This document shows, in pieces, positions 47,442 to 55,798 of a DNA stretch of 64,000 nucleotides. Numbering within the stretch: the first letter of the stretch is position 1; every line of letters starts with the position of its first letter. Origin of the DNA: an uncultured Solirubrobacteraceae bacterium (GTDB lineage Bacteria > Actinomycetota > Thermoleophilia > Solirubrobacterales > Solirubrobacteraceae); the NCBI GenBank assembly GCA_963794905.1, contig CAWCFO010000002.1, positions 2,047,531-2,111,530 on the forward strand, written 5' to 3'. The translations under genes and the position numbers were made by a program. The notes under the pieces were generated by a model, which had not been told where the DNA came from, did no database searches, and was given only the letters and a program-made list of their open reading frames with translations.

Positions 47442-50400
47442 ATGCGCGCGTTTGCTTCCAGGCGTGCCGGGCGCACGCGCTTTTGGTTGACCGGCGGCGG
47501 CGCTCGCCTGCTTGGGCTGTCGCTCGCGGCGCTGTTGTTGATCGCGCTCTCCACAACAGCGGCGCCGGCAGGCGCCGAAGGTGTAACGAACGCCGGCGAC
47601 GATCTTCGCGATGGCTGGTATCCCGACGAGCCGTCGCTGACGCCTCAGCTCGTTGGCGGCGGCAGCTTCGGACAGCTTTGGTCCAAAGCGGTCGACGGCC
47701 AGGTGTACGCGCAGCCGCTGCTGTCCAACGGTCGGCTGCTGGTGGCCACCGAGAACAACAAAGTCTATTCGCTGGATCCGAGCACGGGCGCGGCTCAGTG
47801 GCCCGCCCCGCTTGACCTGGGCACGCCTTGGAAGGCCGCGGACATCGGCTGCGCTGACCTGACGCCGAACTTCGGCGTCACCTCGACGCCGGTCATCGAC
47901 CCGACGACGAACACGGCTTACCTCACGCACGTGACGTACGCATCGGGCAGCTCGGGTCCGGCACGGTGGTACATGGACGCCGTCGACATGACCAAAGGAA
48001 CCGAGAAGGCCGGGTTCCCGATCGAACTCGCCGGCACGGCTCAGAACCATTCCAACATGACCTTCCAGCCGACCACCGAGCTGCAGCGGCCGGGTCTGCT
48101 GCTGATGAACGGCGTGGTGTACGCGGCCTTCGGCTCGCATTGCGACATCGGGCCGTGGCAGGGTTGGGTGTTCGGCGTCTCGACGAAAGGCGAAGTCAAG
48201 ACGCGATGGGTGGGCGTCCCGAGCGGGTGGGGCGCGGGGATCTGGCAATCGGGAGCCGGGCTGACGTCCGATGGACCCGGGTCGATCCTGCTGACGACGG
48301 GCAACCCAGGCGCGCCGACGACCCCGACCCCCGGCAACGCGCCGCCGGCGAGCCTCGGCGAGTCGGCCGTTCGCTTGAACGTACAACCCGACGGCACGCT
48401 CAAGCCGGTCGACTTCTTCTCGCCCTACAACGCCCACGAACTCGACCAGAAAGACCTCGACTTCGCATCCGGCGGGCTGACCGGCCTCAACGACCAGTTC
48501 TTCGGCACGGCGACGCTGCCGCACCTGGCCGTCGCCGTGGGCAAGGAGGGCTACGTCTATCTGCTCAACCGAGACAGCCTCGGCGGCTTCCAGCAGGGCC
48601 TCGGCGGCGCGGACAACGTCGTGCAGCGGCTCGGTCCCTACGGCGGGGTCTGGTCGCGCCCGGGCGTCTGGCCCGGAGAAGGCGGTTGGATCTACATCCC
48701 GTCCTCGTACAACGGCGGAGCGCTGCGCGTGTACAAGTACGGCGTATCGGGCACCGGGCAGCCGTCGCTGTCGCTGCAGGCCACCTCTTCCGACGCCTTC
48801 GGCTTCGGTTCCAGCGCAGCCGTGATCACATCCGACGAAACGAAGGCCGGCTCGGCTCTCGTGTGGATCGTGTGGGCGCCCAACGGGACCGGCGCCGGCG
48901 CCCAGCTGCGCGCCTACGACCCCGTTCCGGTGGGTGGCAAGCCGGTGCTGCGCTGGAGCGCGGCGATCGGCACGTCGTCGAAGTTCGCCACGCCGGGCGT
49001 CGGCGCGGGCCGGCTCTACGTCGGCACGCGCGACAGCAAGGTGCTCGCCTTCGGCGCGCCCGTGAACGCGCCGCTGACGGGCTCGACGACCGACTTCCCG
49101 ACGACGACGATCGGCAGCAGCAGCGAAAAGACGCTCACGCTGACCGCGACGGGCACGGCCACGGTGACGAAGCTGACGACCGACTCGTCGCAGTTCACGG
49201 TCGGCAGCCCAACGCCTGCGCTCCCGGCGCAGCTCACAGCCGGGCAGACGATCCAGGTCCCGCTCAAGTTCACGCCCACGCAGACGGGGCCGGTCGGCGG
49301 CACGCTGACGGCGGAAACCAGTCAGGGGCCGGCTTCGTTCGCGTTGTCGGGCACCGGCCAGGCCGCCACTCCACAGCTCGCCGTCAGCCCCGGCGTGCTG
49401 GCGTTCGGCGGCGTCACCGTCGGCTCCCATTCGTCCGGGAGCGCGACGTTCAGCAACGTCGGCAACGCGCCGTTGACGATCAACGCGGAGCAGCTGCCGG
49501 CCGCTCCGTTCAGCGCGAGCGGCGTGCCGGCGGTCGGCAGCACGATTGCGCCGGGTGCGTCGGTGACGGTTGAAATCGCCTTCGACCCCGGCAAAGAAGG
49601 CGCCTACAGCGATGAAATCGGCATGGAAACGACCGGCGGCAACGGATCGGTCGGGCTGTCCGGCAGCGCCGGCGCGCCGGGCGTGTTGAAGATCACGGCC
49701 GAAAAAAACGAATACGGCGAAGTTGAAGTAGGCAAGACGGTCACCAAGTCGTTCACCGTCAGCAACACCGGCGGCACGAGCGTCAGCATCACCAAGTCAA
49801 AGCCGCCGAGCGGCGGCGCCTTTGCGGCGACCACCACGCTGCCGGAGGGAACGACGATCGCGCCCGGAGCCTCCCTCACCGAGAAAGTGGCGTTCACGCC
49901 CACCGCGGTCGGACCCGCGACAGGCGTGTGGGTGATCAACGGCGACGACAACAGCGGACTGCACGAAGTCGCGTTCAGCGGCGCCGGGATTGCGCCGCCG
50001 CCAACGGCCACCTTCGGCAAGACCACCGTCGGCGCGTCCACCGACACGTTGATCTCAGAACGCAAGCGCGTCAACCGCTATGCCCTGGGCACGCCTGGAT
50101 CGGTGAGCAAGCTGAGCATGTATCTGGCGCCGTCTGGCACCAGCGGCCAGGAGGTCATAAAGGGCCTGATCTACGCCGACAACGCAGGCACGCCGGCAGG
50201 ACTGTTGGGCGTCTCTGAACAGCTGACCTTCAAAAGCACCAACGTCGCCGGCTGGTATGACATGACCTTCTCCTCGCCGGTGAAACTCACGGCCGGCAAC
50301 TACTGGATCGGCGTGATGACCGGCGCCAGCGCAGGTGTGGCGAGCTTTCGCTGGACCAGCGTCAGCGGATCGCGCGACTACAACGCAAACGCCTATGCCT

Positions 50401-51257
50401 CAGGACCGACCAACCCGTTCGGCGCGGTCAGCACAGACGCTGAGCAGACCTCGTTGTATGCGACGTATGCGCCGGCCAGCGCACCACCGGCGCCGGTGAA
50501 CACGGGCGTCCCGACGATCACCGGGACGCCGCAGTCGGGTCAGATCCTCACCGAGCACAGCGGCACGTGGAGCAACGAACCGACGAGCTTCGCCTACCAG
50601 TGGCTGCAGTGCGATTCGCTGGGCGCGAGCTGCCTGCCGATCGGCGGCGCTTCCAGCCAGACCTACACGGTCACCGCCGGCGACGTCGGGCACACGATCG
50701 AGGTTCAGGAGACGGCCGCCAACGCCGGCGGCAGCTCGACCCCGGCGACCTCCGTGCAGACGGCCGTCGTGCAGCAGGGCAGCGCCACCTTCGGCAAGAC
50801 CACCGTCGGCGCGTCCACCGACACGTTGATCTCAGAACGCAAGCGCGTCAACCGCTATGCCCTGGGCACGCCCGGATCGGTGAGCAAGCTGAGCATGTAT
50901 CTGGCGCCGTCTGGCACCAGCGGCCAGGAGGTCATAAAGGGCCTGATCTACGCCGACAACGCAGGCACGCCGGCAGGGCTGTTGGGCGTCTCTGAACAGC
51001 TGACCTTCAAAAGCACCAACGTCGCCGGCTGGTATGACATGACCTTCTCCTCGCCGGTGAAACTCACGGCCGGCAACTACTGGATCGGCGTGATGACCGG
51101 CGCCAGCGCAGGTGTGGCGAGCTTTCGCTGGACGAGCGTCAGCGGATCGCGCGACTACAACGCAAACGCCTATGCCTCAGGACCGACCAACCCGTTCGGC
51201 GCGGTCAGCACAGACGCTGAGCAGACCTCGTTGTATGCGACGTATGCGCCGGAATAG
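47442..51257 (+). CDS. Secreted modular protein: PQQ-like beta-propeller, three ASPM/choice-of-anchor-D-like Ig domains, cassette, Ig, cassette
   Basis: VDGQVYAQPL, GVTSTPVID, ELQRPGLLL, GIWQSG, DLDFASGG; three FGxxxVG-type Ig modules; two cassette copies. Confidence 0.85.
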   Translation: MRAFASRRAGRTRFWLTGGGARLLGLSLAALLLIALSTTAAPAGAEGVTNAGDDLRDGWYPDEPSLTPQLVGGGSFGQLWSKAVDGQVYAQPLLSNGRLLVATENNKVYSLDPSTGAAQWPAPLDLGTPWKAADIGCADLTPNFGVTSTPVIDPTTNTAYLTHVTYASGSSGPARWYMDAVDMTKGTEKAGFPIELAGTAQNHSNMTFQPTTELQRPGLLLMNGVVYAAFGSHCDIGPWQGWVFGVSTKGEVKTRWVGVPSGWGAGIWQSGAGLTSDGPGSILLTTGNPGAPTTPTPGNAPPASLGESAVRLNVQPDGTLKPVDFFSPYNAHELDQKDLDFASGGLTGLNDQFFGTATLPHLAVAVGKEGYVYLLNRDSLGGFQQGLGGADNVVQRLGPYGGVWSRPGVWPGEGGWIYIPSSYNGGALRVYKYGVSGTGQPSLSLQATSSDAFGFGSSAAVITSDETKAGSALVWIVWAPNGTGAGAQLRAYDPVPVGGKPVLRWSAAIGTSSKFATPGVGAGRLYVGTRDSKVLAFGAPVNAPLTGSTTDFPTTTIGSSSEKTLTLTATGTATVTKLTTDSSQFTVGSPTPALPAQLTAGQTIQVPLKFTPTQTGPVGGTLTAETSQGPASFALSGTGQAATPQLAVSPGVLAFGGVTVGSHSSGSATFSNVGNAPLTINAEQLPAAPFSASGVPAVGSTIAPGASVTVEIAFDPGKEGAYSDEIGMETTGGNGSVGLSGSAGAPGVLKITAEKNEYGEVEVGKTVTKSFTVSNTGGTSVSITKSKPPSGGAFAATTTLPEGTTIAPGASLTEKVAFTPTAVGPATGVWVINGDDNSGLHEVAFSGAGIAPPPTATFGKTTVGASTDTLISERKRVNRYALGTPGSVSKLSMYLAPSGTSGQEVIKGLIYADNAGTPAGLLGVSEQLTFKSTNVAGWYDMTFSSPVKLTAGNYWIGVMTGASAGVASFRWTSVSGSRDYNANAYASGPTNPFGAVSTDAEQTSLYATYAPASAPPAPVNTGVPTITGTPQSGQILTEHSGTWSNEPTSFAYQWLQCDSLGASCLPIGGASSQTYTVTAGDVGHTIEVQETAANAGGSSTPATSVQTAVVQQGSATFGKTTVGASTDTLISERKRVNRYALGTPGSVSKLSMYLAPSGTSGQEVIKGLIYADNAGTPAGLLGVSEQLTFKSTNVAGWYDMTFSSPVKLTAGNYWIGVMTGASAGVASFRWTSVSGSRDYNANAYASGPTNPFGAVSTDAEQTSLYATYAPE
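50007..50475 (+). repeat. Cassette copy B1
   Basis: Three synonymous mismatches seen against 50784-51252 (offset 777); inverted relative to A1/A2. Confidence 0.93.
50784..51255 (+). repeat. Cassette copy B2
   Basis: Identity to the A copies runs to CCGGAAT, into the first base of the TAG stop. Confidence 0.93.
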
Positions 51258-51308
51258 GGCGCTCTGAGCCCGCCGCGCTCCCATACGCGCTCCCACACGC
51301 GCTTGCCG

Positions 51309-51340
51309 AGAGTCCCCGGAGCGAGCTCCGGGGACTCTTT
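51309..51340 (+). terminator. Probable intrinsic terminator of the 47442-51257 gene
   Basis: Perfect 14-bp inverted repeat AGAGTCCCCGGAGC-GA-GCTCCGGGGACTCT followed by TT. Confidence 0.7.
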
Positions 51341-51444
51341 GGCGGGACCGGCCCCACGCTCGACTTGCGTCGGGCGCTCGGCCGGTCGGTGCACTCGACC
51401 ATCTGTGGGGATGATTTGTGCAGTCGAGGAGAATACAGCGCTTT

Positions 51445-51489
51445 AAGTCCTAGGACTTTGATCCCTGGACTTTGACCCTAGGACTCCGG
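51445..51489. promoter_or_regulatory. Probable operator: palindrome AAGTCCTAGGACTT plus three tandem 14-bp units upstream of the XRE gene
   Basis: TCCTAGGACTTTGA / TCCCTGGACTTTGA / CCCTAGGACTCCGG at 51448, 51462 and 51476. Confidence 0.6.
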
Positions 51490-51501
51490 CATGTTTCTTA
51501 G

Positions 51502-51732
51502 GTGCACGAGCCACCGGACATGGTGTTGGCAACGCTCCTCAAACGCCTGCGCGAGGAGCGCAACATCACGCAAGAGCAGCTGGCGTTCGACGCGGGCATC
51601 ACGGCGTCGGCGCTGTCGCGCATCGAGCGCGGCCTCAACAGCCCGGGCTGGACGACCGTGAGACGCCTCGCCGAAGCGCTCGACATATCGCTGCTGGAGC
51701 TGGTCGGCGAGCTCGACGACGCCGCGTCCTGA
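51502..51732 (+). CDS. XRE-family helix-turn-helix regulator (controller-protein size)
   Basis: LKRLREERNITQEQLAFDAGITASALSRIERG...P.WTTVRRLAEAL. Confidence 0.92.
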   Translation: MHEPPDMVLATLLKRLREERNITQEQLAFDAGITASALSRIERGLNSPGWTTVRRLAEALDISLLELVGELDDAAS

Positions 51733-51754
51733 AAAGGGCCCAGGCGAGTGCTCG

Positions 51755-52201
51755 CTAGGGCAACGCGAGCGTCGCCGGAGCGTCGATCCGCCAGCGTCCG
51801 CCGCGCAGTCGCAGCCGCCAGCGCAACTCGCTGCCGGCCTTGCGCGGTTCGCTCGACACGGCGCTCGCGCGGTCGCCGCTGAAGGAGATGTCGGTGACCC
51901 TCAGCCGCCCAAGCGTCGGCAGATGGGGCGCGCCGGCGCGACGCCCGGCGCCGCTGGGCGCTCCGAGGACTTCGCCGACTCGCCGGGCGCAGTCTCCGAC
52001 TCCGCGCGCCAGCCGCGCATCGGCGGCGGCGGTGAAGTCCTCACATAGCCTGTCCGCCCGGCGTTCTTGCAGGTCTGCGAACGTCGCGCGGACCGCGCGC
52101 CTGATCGCCGCGCGGTCGTCCTTAGAGCCGTGGACGCTCATCGCGCCAAAGCTCAATGCTGCTCCAGATAGCCCAACGATTCCCCATATCAGTATGCGCA
52201 T
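51755..52201 (-). CDS. Hypothetical exported protein (possible NTF2-like fold)
   Basis: Hydrophobic N-terminus, LC...C pair, GDRA and GRWRI motifs. Confidence 0.5.
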   Translation of the reverse strand: MRILIWGIVGLSGAALSFGAMSVHGSKDDRAAIRRAVRATFADLQERRADRLCEDFTAAADARLARGVGDCARRVGEVLGAPSGAGRRAGAPHLPTLGRLRVTDISFSGDRASAVSSEPRKAGSELRWRLRLRGGRWRIDAPATLALP

Positions 52202-52252
52202 GGGGCGAAATAGTTGCAGAACTAATCAGATCAAACGATCTGATTACTCGAA

Positions 52253-52888
52253 TCAGAAGACACTCTTGACTGCTTTGACGGCGATGCTGCCGAGGAACAC
52301 GACCGACAGCACGCCGAGCGCGCAGATCGCCAGACCGGCGCCGGCGAGCGCGATGTCGGCGAGCAGGTAGCCGAGCGCGAGCACGACGACGCCGAGCGAC
52401 GGCAGGGTGTCGAGCCCGGAGAACGGCGGGGCGAGGAAGGCGGTGAGCGCGAGCGCCAGCACGATCAGGCCGAACACGCTGCCGCTCAGGCGATGACCGA
52501 ACAGCCAACGCCCGCGCGGTCGTGAGAAGCGCTCGAGCGCGCGGATGCGCCGCAGCAGCGTGTCGATGAACTTCTGCTGTTTGGCGCCGGCCAGCTCCAG
52601 GCGCCGCCAGCGCTCCGGCAGCCACACCTTGCGCCGGCCGACGATCAGCTCCAGCGCGAGCAGCATGACGATCACCTCGAGCACGTGCGTGACGCCGCCG
52701 GTGGGCAGCGGCAGCGCGGGCACGGCCATCAGCACGAGGAAGATGATCGCAAAGCTGCCCTCGCCGAAGGCGTCGATCAGGCCACCGAGCGTCTTCGTCG
52801 TATCCGCGTCGAGCCACCGTTGCAGCTGGTCGGAGACTTTCTCCGGCGCCGGCTTGCGCTGGGTCGCCATCGTGGCATTGTCCGTCAC
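52253..52888 (-). CDS. exoD: Exopolysaccharide synthesis ExoD-family membrane protein
   Basis: TLGGLIDAFGEGSF, PALPLPTGG, GRRKVWLP, LERFSRPR, DTLPS. Confidence 0.82.
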   Translation of the reverse strand: MTDNATMATQRKPAPEKVSDQLQRWLDADTTKTLGGLIDAFGEGSFAIIFLVLMAVPALPLPTGGVTHVLEVIVMLLALELIVGRRKVWLPERWRRLELAGAKQQKFIDTLLRRIRALERFSRPRGRWLFGHRLSGSVFGLIVLALALTAFLAPPFSGLDTLPSLGVVVLALGYLLADIALAGAGLAICALGVLSVVFLGSIAVKAVKSVF

Positions 52889-52902
52889 CGCGCGCGCCGG
52901 CG

Positions 52903-53451
52903 CTATGCGGCGACGGGCACGGCGACTTCGGCGAGCAGCTCGGCGAGGATCTCGCCGAGCGCGAGCTGCTGATCGTGCTCGGCGAGCGAGCCATCCGCCT
53001 TGAACGCCTCGTCGGCTCCGCCGACCGGCAGTTCACGGTCGATCACGCGCGCGCCGGCGGCGGCGAGCGACTTGCGCAGCTCGGCTTGTGCCCACACGGC
53101 GCCGAACATGCCCGTGCTCGCCCCGACGACCGCGGCGGGCTTGTTGCGCAGCGCGGCCGAGGCGACCGGGCGCGAGGCCCAGTCGACGGCGTTCTTGAGC
53201 GCGCCGGGGATGGAGTGGTTGTACTCGGGCGTCGCAAACAGCAGCGCGTCGGCGGCGACGATCTGCGCGCGCCAACGCTCGACCGCCTCACCGGGCGCCT
53301 GCTCGTCGTCCTCGTCGAACGGCGGGATCGACTTGAGCGCGTCGAACGCGACGAGCTCGACCTCGGGCGGCAGCAGCTTCGCCGCCGCCCGAAGCAGGCG
53401 TCCGTTGTGCGAGTCGCGGCGCAGCGAGCCGGCGATGGCTAGGACGCGCAC
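52903..53451 (-). CDS. NADPH-dependent FMN reductase
   Basis: AGSLRRDSHN, TPEYNHSIPGALKNAVDWASRP. Confidence 0.92.
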   Translation of the reverse strand: MRVLAIAGSLRRDSHNGRLLRAAAKLLPPEVELVAFDALKSIPPFDEDDEQAPGEAVERWRAQIVAADALLFATPEYNHSIPGALKNAVDWASRPVASAALRNKPAAVVGASTGMFGAVWAQAELRKSLAAAGARVIDRELPVGGADEAFKADGSLAEHDQQLALGEILAELLAEVAVPVAA

Positions 53452-53457
53452 GGGCTG

Positions 53458-54021
53458 CTACTCCCCGTCGCGCGCAAGCTCGAGCTCGACGGTCAGCTTG
53501 ACGTCGTTGGCGAGCGCGAAGCCGCCCTTGGGCAGCGGCGCGTTCCACTCCAAGCCGAACTGCGTGCGGTCGATGACCGTCTCGAGCGTCACGCCGATCT
53601 TGATTGCGCCGCCGAGCGTCTCGTGCGGGTCGGTGATCGTGCCGCGCGCCTGCACGGCGTGCGTGTGATCCTTGATCGTCAGCTGGCCGTCGATCGCCAG
53701 CTCGTCGCCGTCGCGGCGGATGGCCGTGGAGGCGAAGCGAAGCTGCGGGTGGCGCTCGGTGTCGAAGAAGTCGGGCGAGCCGAGGTGCGCCTGCAGGTTC
53801 TCGTCCTTGACGACGATCGAGCCGGCGTCGACCGTGCCGAGCAGCTCGCCGGTGCCGTCGTCGTCGACGGTGAGCGTCGCGTCGAGGTCCTCGAAGCGGC
53901 CGCGGAACGTGGCGACAACCATGTGCTTCACGGCGAAGCTGGCCGAGGAGTGGGTCGGGTCGAGCTTCCACGTGCCGGTGGGAAGCGACGTCTGCTGGGT
54001 GGCGGTGGCGGTGGCGGACAT
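53458..54021 (-). CDS. YceI-family polyisoprenoid-binding protein
   Basis: GTWKLDPTHSS..F.VKH, HL.SPDFFD, GQLTIK, IDRTQFGL.WN. Confidence 0.92.
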   Translation of the reverse strand: MSATATATQQTSLPTGTWKLDPTHSSASFAVKHMVVATFRGRFEDLDATLTVDDDGTGELLGTVDAGSIVVKDENLQAHLGSPDFFDTERHPQLRFASTAIRRDGDELAIDGQLTIKDHTHAVQARGTITDPHETLGGAIKIGVTLETVIDRTQFGLEWNAPLPKGGFALANDVKLTVELELARDGE

Positions 54022-54046
54022 GCGGTCTCCTGTCGTGTCGATAGTG

Positions 54047-54099
54047 ATCGGACTATGGTCCGTATCCGTTAGAATAACAGAAATGGACCGTAGTCCGAT
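54047..54099. promoter_or_regulatory. Twin palindromic operators in the yceI/tetR divergent promoter
   Basis: ATCGGACTATGGTCC (54047-54061) and GGACCGTAGTCCGAT (54085-54099) are 14/15 inverted copies, each containing GGAC-N4-GTCC. Confidence 0.72.
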
Positions 54100-54124
54100 A
54101 ATTGGAGCGGATAGAGTTGCGGGC

Positions 54125-54739
54125 GTGGGGGGGCAACTGGCGCCGACGGCTTTGCCGATGCTCGAACCGAGCCGGCACGAACGGGCGGACGCGGCGCGCA
54201 ACCGCGCGACGATCCTGCTGTCGGCCGAAGGACTGGTCGCCGAGCGCGGCGCGGGCGCGGTGACGATGGATCAGGTCGCGTGCGCCGCGCGCGTGGGCAA
54301 GGGCACGCTGTTTCGGCACTTCGGCGACCGCTGCGGCTTGATGCGCGCGCTGCTGGACGAGCGCGAGCGCGCCTTCCAGGAGGACTTCATACGCGGCCCG
54401 GCGCCGCTCGGGCCGGGCGCGCCGCCGCGCGAGCGGCTGGTGGCCTTCGGCGAGCGCATGCTCGAACACATCGAGATCCAAGGCGACCTGCTGGTGGCGG
54501 CGGAGAACGGGGCGCCTGGCGAGCGCCTGCGCCACAGCGTCTATGCGGCCTACCGCGCGCACGTCATGGCGCTGCTGCGCGAGAGCGACTACGCGGGCGA
54601 CGTCGGCTATCTCGCCGACGTGCTGCTCGGCGCGCTGGTCAGCGAACTGGTGCTGTTCCAGCGCCGCGAGCTGGCGATGTCGCCGCAGTACCTGAAGGCG
54701 TGCTGGCGCGAGCTGGTCGACCGCCTGCTGGGCGCCTGA
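54125..54739 (+). CDS. TetR/AcrR family regulator
   Basis: RADAARNRATIL, VTMDQVA..ARVGKGTLFRHF. Confidence 0.92.
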   Translation: MGGQLAPTALPMLEPSRHERADAARNRATILLSAEGLVAERGAGAVTMDQVACAARVGKGTLFRHFGDRCGLMRALLDERERAFQEDFIRGPAPLGPGAPPRERLVAFGERMLEHIEIQGDLLVAAENGAPGERLRHSVYAAYRAHVMALLRESDYAGDVGYLADVLLGALVSELVLFQRRELAMSPQYLKACWRELVDRLLGA

Positions 54740-55753
54740 TCAGCTCGCGCCTACGCGCAGCACGAGCTTGCCGGTGTTCTCGCCGGCGAACAGCTTGAGC
54801 AGCGCGGCGGGAAAGGCCTCGACGCCGCCGTCGACGATGTGCTCGCGCGAGACGATCCTGCCTTCGCGCATCCAGCCGGCGATCGCCGTCATCGCCTCGC
54901 CGAAGCGCGCGGCGTAGTCGAACACGACCATGCCGGTCATGGAGGCGCGGAAAACGAGCAGCGACAGGTAGTTGGACGGGCCGCGCACGGACTCGGTCGC
55001 GTTGTACTGCGAGACGGCGCCGCAGATGACGATGCGCGCGCCGCGCGCCAGGCGGGTCAACGCGACGTCGAGGATCTCGCCGCCGACGTTGTCGAAGTAG
55101 ACATCGATGCCCTTGGGCGCGTGCTCGCGCAGCGCGCGGCGCACGTCCTCGCTCTTGTAGTCGATTGCGGCGTCGAAGCCGAGCTCGTCGACGAGCCACG
55201 CGCACTTGTCGGGACCGCCGGCGATGCCGACGGCGCGCGCGCCTTGGATCTTGGCGATCTGCCCGACGACGCTGCCGACGGCGCCGGCGGCGCCGGACAC
55301 GACGACGGTGTCGCCGGCCTTGACCTTGGCCACGTCGAGCAGGCCGAAGTAGGCGGTCAAGCCGGTCATGCCGAGCGTGCCGAGATACGTCGGCGCGGGC
55401 GCGAGCTGTGGATCGATCTTGATCACGCCCTTGCCGTCTGACAGCGCGTGCTCCTGCACGCCGAACACGCCGTAGACGTGCTCGCCGACGGCGAAGCCGG
55501 GGTGCTCGGACGCGCTTACGACGCCGACGGCGCCGGCGCGCATCACGTCGCCGATTTCCACCGGGTCGATATAGGAGGCGCCGGCGTTCATCCAGCCGCG
55601 CATGGCGGGGTCGAGCGACAGGTGCGACACGGCGACGACGAGCTCGCCGGGGCCGGGCTGGGAGGTCTGCTCCTCGCGCAGCTCCCAGTCTGAGTCGCGG
55701 GGCATGCCGTTGGGGCGCGCGGCGAGGCGGACCTGGCGGTTGATCGGGCTCAC
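54740..55753 (-). CDS. NADP-dependent oxidoreductase (MDR, CurA/prostaglandin reductase-like)
   Basis: LSLDPAMRGWM, GMTGLTAYFGL, SGAAGAVG, YFDNVGG, GENTGK. Confidence 0.92.
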   Translation of the reverse strand: MSPINRQVRLAARPNGMPRDSDWELREEQTSQPGPGELVVAVSHLSLDPAMRGWMNAGASYIDPVEIGDVMRAGAVGVVSASEHPGFAVGEHVYGVFGVQEHALSDGKGVIKIDPQLAPAPTYLGTLGMTGLTAYFGLLDVAKVKAGDTVVVSGAAGAVGSVVGQIAKIQGARAVGIAGGPDKCAWLVDELGFDAAIDYKSEDVRRALREHAPKGIDVYFDNVGGEILDVALTRLARGARIVICGAVSQYNATESVRGPSNYLSLLVFRASMTGMVVFDYAARFGEAMTAIAGWMREGRIVSREHIVDGGVEAFPAALLKLFAGENTGKLVLRVGAS

Positions 55754-55798
55754 TGGCTCATCTCCAGACGTTGGGGGGCGAAAGGGCGGATGGGGCGG

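Noticed and set aside
45343-51255. Diversity-generating retroelement (template/variable repeat pair)
   Set aside because: No reverse transcriptase in the window. All copies are coding, and the few differences are synonymous and not adenine-specific.
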